Below, in pieces: positions 27,550-32,000 of a stretch of DNA of 32,000 bases. The stretch's first letter is position 1; each line of letters opens with the position of its first letter. The DNA is taken from the NCBI RefSeq assembly GCF_001598795.1, contig NZ_BCZP01000032.1, positions 15,567 to 47,566 on the forward strand, read 5' to 3'. Origin of the DNA: Delftia acidovorans NBRC 14950. GTDB taxonomy: Bacteria > Pseudomonadota > Gammaproteobacteria > Burkholderiales > Burkholderiaceae_C. The notes under the pieces were generated by a model. It was not told the origin of the DNA. It did not search any database and saw nothing but the letters and a program-made list of their open reading frames with translations. Position numbers and translations under genes: made by a program.

Positions 27550-28332
27550 TCAGAACGCGGCCAGATGGCTGTTGCGCAACTCCGTCACCAGCATGTGGCC
27601 CGGCTCGTGCGTGATGGCGAATGGCAGGGCCGCCGAGCGTATGGCCTGCTGGGGCGTCACGCCGCAGGCCCAGAACACGGGGATCTCCCCGGGTTTGAGC
27701 GCCATGGGCTCGCCGAAGTCCGGCCGCTCGATATCGGCAATGCCTATCTGCGCGGGGTCGCCCAGGTGCACGGGCGCCCCATGCACGCTGGGAAAGCGCG
27801 AAGTCACCTGGATCGCACGGATGGCCTGGGCGGCCGTCATGGGCCGCATGCTGACCACCATCCGGCCACCGAACCGGCCCGCCTGGCCGTTGGCAATGTC
27901 GGTGATGAACATGGGAGCGCCCCGGCCCTCGTCGATATGGCGCACGGGCACGCCGGCATCGCGCAGCGCGTCCTCGAAGGAATAGGAGCAGCCGATGACG
28001 AAGCCCACCAGGTCGTCGCGCCACAGGCCCGTGAGGTCATTCACCTGCTCGGCCCTGTGACCATCGCGAAACACCCAGTACGAGGGCAGATCGGTCTTCA
28101 GATCGATATCGCCGAGCTCGGGCACGCGGCTGCTGCCGGGCTCGGTCACGCCGATCAGCGGGCAGGACTTGGGATTCAGCCGGGCAAAGCGCAGGAACTC
28201 CTCGCTGCACTCGCGCGGCAGTATCGCCAGGTTGCCCTGGGTGTAGCCGGGGCACTGCCCGGCCGTCTGCCCGCGAAAGCGTCCGGCGCGCACCTCCTGG
28301 CGGAATTCGGTCGGATGGGTCCAATGCGTCAT
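27550..28332 (-). CDS. DUF1445 / UPF0317 putative hydro-lyase (D-glutamate cyclase family)
   Basis: Track ORF 27550..29043, trimmed to [39 protein letters not shown]...[14 protein letters not shown]...VSMRPM...[18 protein letters not shown]...[10 protein letters not shown]...[11 protein letters not shown]. These are family-typical motifs. Confidence 0.9.
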   Translation of the reverse strand: MTHWTHPTEFRQEVRAGRFRGQTAGQCPGYTQGNLAILPRECSEEFLRFARLNPKSCPLIGVTEPGSSRVPELGDIDLKTDLPSYWVFRDGHRAEQVNDLTGLWRDDLVGFVIGCSYSFEDALRDAGVPVRHIDEGRGAPMFITDIANGQAGRFGGRMVVSMRPMTAAQAIRAIQVTSRFPSVHGAPVHLGDPAQIGIADIERPDFGEPMALKPGEIPVFWACGVTPQQAIRSAALPFAITHEPGHMLVTELRNSHLAAF

Positions 28333-28421
28333 GGGGGAGCCTCTATTGAATGGAGATGCCCCCCAATGTAAAAAGCAGCAGGCCACCGGTCCATTCAGGA
28401 ATTGTGCGCAGCCTCCCCCAG

Positions 28422-28434
28422 GAAAACTGAACAG
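28422..28434. promoter_or_regulatory. second copy of GAAAACTGAACAG in the divergent lysR / DUF1445 intergenic region
   Basis: Exact 13/13 match to 27462-27474, in the same orientation, 25 nt upstream of the LysR ATG. The same intergenic region also holds inverted repeat TGAATGGA (28347-54) / TCCATTCA (28390-97). Confidence 0.4.
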
Positions 28435-28459
28435 CCACTGCAGCCCGCGCAGCCCCCCC

Positions 28460-29389
28460 ATGAACATCCGTTTTCTTGAAACCTTTGTGCTGCTGGCACG
28501 CATCGGCAGCGTGCGCCGCGTGGCCGAACTGGTGCATGCCAGCCCCGGCGCCGTCTCCATGCGCATACGCGGGCTGGAGTCGGACCTGGGCGTGACCCTG
28601 TTCCACTGGGACCGCAAGACGCTGCAGATCACCGATGCCGGCGCCCGCTTGCTGCGGCATGCGGAAGCCGTCATCGAAGCCACACGCACCCTGGAGCGTG
28701 CCGCCAGGTCCGACGACGCCATCGGCTGCCGCCTGCGGGTCGGTGTGCTGGAGACGGCGGTACACACCTTCCTGCCCGAATTCGTCAAGGCGATGGGTGC
28801 CAGCCTGCCGCACATCGAGCTGGACCTGACCGTCGATCTGAGCACCCACCTGTCGGAGCAGATGATGCGGCGCGACCTGGACCTGATCGTGCGCACCGGC
28901 AGCGGGGTGGACCCCCAGTTCGCCGTGGTCGAGAACCTGCTGGAAGTGCCCGTGCACTGGATTGCCAGGCGGGGCCTGGTGCCCAGGAAGGATGGACTGC
29001 ACAAGGCGCTGGGCAAGCAATTGCTGACCCAGATGCGCGGCACCGGCCCCTACGAGCAGGCCGTGGCCATGGCACAGCAGCTGGCCGTGCAAAGCGGCAT
29101 GGTCTCCAGCGATCTGCGCATCTCGGGATCGCCCTCGCTGGCGGCCCTGGTCTCGCTGGTGCGCGAGGGCCTGGGCGTCGCCATCATGCACGGCATGCTG
29201 GTGGCGCCGCAGCTCGAAAGCGGGGAGCTGGTGGAGCTGGAACTGCCCACGCCGCCCTCCTTTCGCATCACCACCTGGTACCCCAAGAGCCCGTCGCCCG
29301 GCGTCACCGACACCGCACAAGTGCTGCGCCGCGTCTGCAAGAGCTACTGCAAGCGGGTCAGCCCGCATCTGGCGCGGTACATCGGCTAG
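28460..29389 (+). CDS. LysR-family transcriptional regulator
   Basis: Track ORF trimmed to [48 protein letters not shown] (wHTH), followed by a LysR substrate-binding domain. It is divergent from the DUF1445 gene. Confidence 0.9.
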   Translation: MNIRFLETFVLLARIGSVRRVAELVHASPGAVSMRIRGLESDLGVTLFHWDRKTLQITDAGARLLRHAEAVIEATRTLERAARSDDAIGCRLRVGVLETAVHTFLPEFVKAMGASLPHIELDLTVDLSTHLSEQMMRRDLDLIVRTGSGVDPQFAVVENLLEVPVHWIARRGLVPRKDGLHKALGKQLLTQMRGTGPYEQAVAMAQQLAVQSGMVSSDLRISGSPSLAALVSLVREGLGVAIMHGMLVAPQLESGELVELELPTPPSFRITTWYPKSPSPGVTDTAQVLRRVCKSYCKRVSPHLARYIG

Positions 29390-30342
29390 GGCGCGGATGC
29401 CGGTGGCGGCTCCTGCCCGTGCAGCAGCGCCAGAAAGCTGGCGGCCGCCTGGCTCAGCGGCCGGTCGCGGCGCACCAGGCTGCCGTAGGCCTGCAGGTTG
29501 CGGCGCATGCGATAGGGCAGGATGCGGACCATACCGTGCGCGGCGCTGTCCCGGGCCACGGCCTGCGGAATCACGGCGATCAGGTCGGAGTTGCGCACCA
29601 GGTTCATGGTGGTGAGGATGGAGCCCGTCTCGATCAGGCCGCGCGGCAGCGGCAGGCCATGGGCCTGGAATTCCTGGTCGATCAGTGCGCGCATGGGACT
29701 GCCGGGCGGCTGCAGCACCCAGCCATGGGCCTGCAGCTGCGCAAAGCCCAGGCTGCGGGCACGCGCCAGCGGATGGCTGCAGCCCACGATGATGGACAGG
29801 GCCTCGTCATCAATCGTGCGGAACAGATGGGCGGGATCGGCCTGCCCGGTCTGCCGGCCCACCACCACCTCCAGCACGCCGTCCTGCAACTGCGCCAGCA
29901 GCCGGTCGCTGGTGTCCACGGCCACCTCGATGGACAGCAGCGGCCACTGGCGCTTGAGCGCCAGCAGCGCCTGTGTCAGCCGCCCCGGCGAGGCCGCCAT
30001 GATGCTGCCCACGGCCAGCCGCCCCGCGCTGCCTTCGCGCAGTTCCTGCAGCTCGCGGTTCAGCGCCTCCATGCCGCCGCGCAGGTGGCGGAAGTAGCCC
30101 GTCACGCGCTCGCCGGCGGCATTCAGTTGCAGACCGCGCCCCACGCGGTCGAACAGGGGCAGGCCCAGCGCGCTTTCCAGCTCATGCAGCATCTTGGTGG
30201 CGGCCGGCTGGCTCAGTCCCAGCTCGGCTGCGGCGCCGCGCAGCGTGCCCTTCTGGTCGATGGCCAGCATCAGCGCCACCTGCCGCATGCGCAGGCGGTT
30301 GAGCAGTTGCGGCGTGCTGTCCCTGCGGTCGATGGAGCCCAT
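29386..30342 (-). CDS. LysR-family transcriptional regulator
   Basis: LRMRQVALMLAIDQKGTLRGAAAELGLSQPAATKMLHELESALGLPLFDR (wHTH) plus a substrate-binding domain. It is divergent from the Bug-family gene. Confidence 0.9.
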   Translation of the reverse strand: MGSIDRRDSTPQLLNRLRMRQVALMLAIDQKGTLRGAAAELGLSQPAATKMLHELESALGLPLFDRVGRGLQLNAAGERVTGYFRHLRGGMEALNRELQELREGSAGRLAVGSIMAASPGRLTQALLALKRQWPLLSIEVAVDTSDRLLAQLQDGVLEVVVGRQTGQADPAHLFRTIDDEALSIIVGCSHPLARARSLGFAQLQAHGWVLQPPGSPMRALIDQEFQAHGLPLPRGLIETGSILTTMNLVRNSDLIAVIPQAVARDSAAHGMVRILPYRMRRNLQAYGSLVRRDRPLSQAAASFLALLHGQEPPPASAP

Positions 30343-30357
30343 AGCAATATCCCGCGA

Positions 30358-30412
30358 ATTGATTACCCAAGGTTATTGATTCATCAGCAACTTTCAGTTT
30401 ACGGCAATCAAT
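30358..30412. promoter_or_regulatory. ATTGATT repeats and a T-N11-A dyad in the lysR / bug divergent promoter
   Basis: ATTGATT occurs at 30358-64 and 30375-81, with the inverted copy AATCAAT at 30406-12. ATTACC-CAA-GGTTAT is an imperfect dyad containing T-N11-A. Confidence 0.35.
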
Positions 30413-30457
30413 CATCTGCCTAGCATGGGTCCACAACAAAAGCACCGGAGACAAGAC

Positions 30458-31225
30458 ATGCAACGCCGCCCCCTGCTGCTGGCCGCAGCTGCCCTGCTGC
30501 CCGCCATCGCCCTGGCCCAAACTCCGCCGGACTGGCCCACGCGGCCCGTGCGCATGCTTGTGGGCTCGGCCCCGGGCGGCGGCACGGATGCCATGGCACG
30601 CGCCGTTGCCGACCGGCTGGCGCCGCTGCTGCGCCAGCCGGTGATCGTGGAAAACCGCCCCGGCGTCTCCAACACCCTGGCCGTGGACATGACGGCCAAG
30701 TCCACGGACGGGCACACCATGGTGATGGGCGTGGTCACGGCCCATGCCATTGCCCCGCACCTGCTCAAGCTGGGCTACGACAGCAACCGCGACCTGGTGC
30801 CCGTGGCCTATGTGGGCGCAGTGCCCAATGTGCTGGTGGTGGGCAACAACCTGCCCGCGAACTCGGTGCAGGAACTGGTCGCCCTGGCCCGCAAGGAGCC
30901 CGGCAGGATCAACTTCGCCAGCAGCGGCACGGGCAGCACCCAGCACATCGCGGCCGAGATGTTCAAGGACGCGGCCGGCCTGCCCGGCGTGGAGATAGGC
31001 GCCTGGTACGGCATCTACATGCCAGCGGCCACACCCCGCGCCGTGCAGGCCCGGGTGCACGACGAGGTCAACAAGGTGCTGGCCATGCCCGAGACGCGCA
31101 CGCGCCTGGAGGCCGTGGGCGCCGAACTGCAGCCCATGGGCCAGGCCGAGTTCATCGCCTTGCACAACGCCGAGTACCAGCGCTTTGGCGAAATCATCCG
31201 CAAGAACCACATCAAGATCGACTGA
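30458..31225 (+). CDS. Bug-family (TctC-like) tripartite tricarboxylate transporter substrate-binding protein, apparently carrying an in-frame internal deletion
   Basis: MQRRPLLLAAAALLPAIALAQTPPDWPTRPVRMLVGSAPGGGTDAMAR...INFASSGTGSTQHIAAEMFKDAAG|LPGVEIGAWYGIYMPAATP.... GGAG lies 7 nt upstream of the ATG. The protein is 255 aa, versus about 320-330 aa typical for the family. The HVPYKG...GKLRALAV...PDVPT block is missing. Confidence 0.8.
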   Translation: MQRRPLLLAAAALLPAIALAQTPPDWPTRPVRMLVGSAPGGGTDAMARAVADRLAPLLRQPVIVENRPGVSNTLAVDMTAKSTDGHTMVMGVVTAHAIAPHLLKLGYDSNRDLVPVAYVGAVPNVLVVGNNLPANSVQELVALARKEPGRINFASSGTGSTQHIAAEMFKDAAGLPGVEIGAWYGIYMPAATPRAVQARVHDEVNKVLAMPETRTRLEAVGAELQPMGQAEFIALHNAEYQRFGEIIRKNHIKID

Positions 31226-31232
31226 GCCGCAC

Positions 31233-32000
31233 ATGCCCGCATCCGAACTTCCCGTCGTCGCCCTGACCCTGGGCGATCCCGCCGGCATTGGCGCCGAACT
31301 GATCGCACGCCTGCTGGCGCGGCCCGAGGCCATGCAAAAGGCCAACATCGTGCTGGCCGGCGACCCCTGGCTGTGGCAGCAGGGCCAGCGCATCGCGGGC
31401 CTGCAGGTGGCCACCGCGCCCATCGCCAGCATGGCCCATGCACGGGGCCGCACCGATACCGCCCTGCCCGCCTTCCTGGCCCTGGACACGGTGGCCCCCG
31501 ATGCCGTGCACCAGGGCCGTGCCGAAGCCGCAGGCGGGCGCTCGGTGCTGCAGGTGCTGGACCGGTGCATGGACGCGGCCCAGGCCGGCCAGATCGACGC
31601 CATCTGCTTTGCGCCGCTCAACAAGCAGGCCATGAAGCTGGGCGGCCTGCGCCATGAGGACGAGCTGCACCACTTTGCCGAGCACCTGGGTGTGACTGGC
31701 TATTTCTGCGAATTCAATACGCTGGGCGATCTGTGGACCTCGCGCATTTCTTCGCATGTGCCGCTCAGGGACGTGGCCGGCTATCTGAGCCAGGAGCGCA
31801 TCGCGCAGGCGGCCGAGCTGATCTACCGCGCGCTGCTGGCCAGCGGCATGGCGGCCCCCAAGGTGGCGGTGGCGGGCTTCAACCCGCACAACGGCGATGG
31901 CGGCACCTGCGGCCGTGAAGAGATCGACATCATCGCGCCTGCCGTGCGCGCGCTGCAGGCCCGCGACTGGCCCACGCCCGATCCGTTCCACGGTCCCTTT
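31233..32000 (+). CDS. PdxA-family NAD-dependent 4-hydroxythreonine-4-phosphate-dehydrogenase-like enzyme; 3' end beyond the window
   Basis: Not in the track because it has no stop in the window. My translation from ATG 31233 gives MPASELPVVALTLGDPAGIGAELIARLL...IDAICFAPLNKQAMKLGG...KVAVAGFNPHNGDGGTCGREEIDII. It begins 7 nt after the bug-gene stop. Confidence 0.88.
   Translation, partial: MPASELPVVALTLGDPAGIGAELIARLLARPEAMQKANIVLAGDPWLWQQGQRIAGLQVATAPIASMAHARGRTDTALPAFLALDTVAPDAVHQGRAEAAGGRSVLQVLDRCMDAAQAGQIDAICFAPLNKQAMKLGGLRHEDELHHFAEHLGVTGYFCEFNTLGDLWTSRISSHVPLRDVAGYLSQERIAQAAELIYRALLASGMAAPKVAVAGFNPHNGDGGTCGREEIDIIAPAVRALQARDWPTPDPFHGPF

Overview
Visibly GC-rich chromosomal DNA, roughly two-thirds G+C by eye. 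It looks like a Burkholderiales betaproteobacterium (Bug-family binding protein, FecIRA-type modules), possibly Comamonadaceae, but the taxon call is low confidence. I can support 26 protein-coding genes. I found no rRNA, tRNA, CRISPR array, transposase, integrase or phage genes, so this reads as ordinary chromosome with several accessory metabolic and regulatory cassettes. Gene order, left to right: (1) an inverted pair of acetamidase/formamidase paralogs flanking an AraC regulator. The left copy carries a Tat signal; the right copy is fused in frame to the AraC gene with no stop codon between them. (2) Housekeeping and membrane genes: alpha/beta hydrolase, DUF962, YihY/BrkB, DUF2069, a D-2-hydroxyglutarate-dehydrogenase-like FAD oxidase, a lipoprotein, thyA-folA and a PPP-family metallophosphoesterase. 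(3) Two complete, back-to-back cell-surface-signalling modules on the minus strand, each with an ECF sigma, a FecR anti-sigma and an STN-domain TonB-dependent receptor. Each sigma gene is preceded by a Fur-box-like palindrome. (4) A HAD phosphatase and a DUF1993 gene. (5) A LysR-controlled cluster: DUF1445 hydro-lyase (D-glutamate-cyclase family), a fused HyuA/HyuB 5-oxoprolinase and an MFS transporter. (6) A second LysR gene divergent from a Bug/TctC binding-protein gene that appears to carry an in-frame internal deletion of about 66 aa, followed by a PdxA-family dehydrogenase that runs off the window. The items most worth follow-up are the AraC-amidase fusion, the DUF1445/oxoprolinase cluster with its shared operator-like motif, and the deleted Bug gene. 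I see no defence, toxin or secretion system. Many long ORFs in the supplied track are antisense shadow ORFs typical of high-GC DNA and are rejected.
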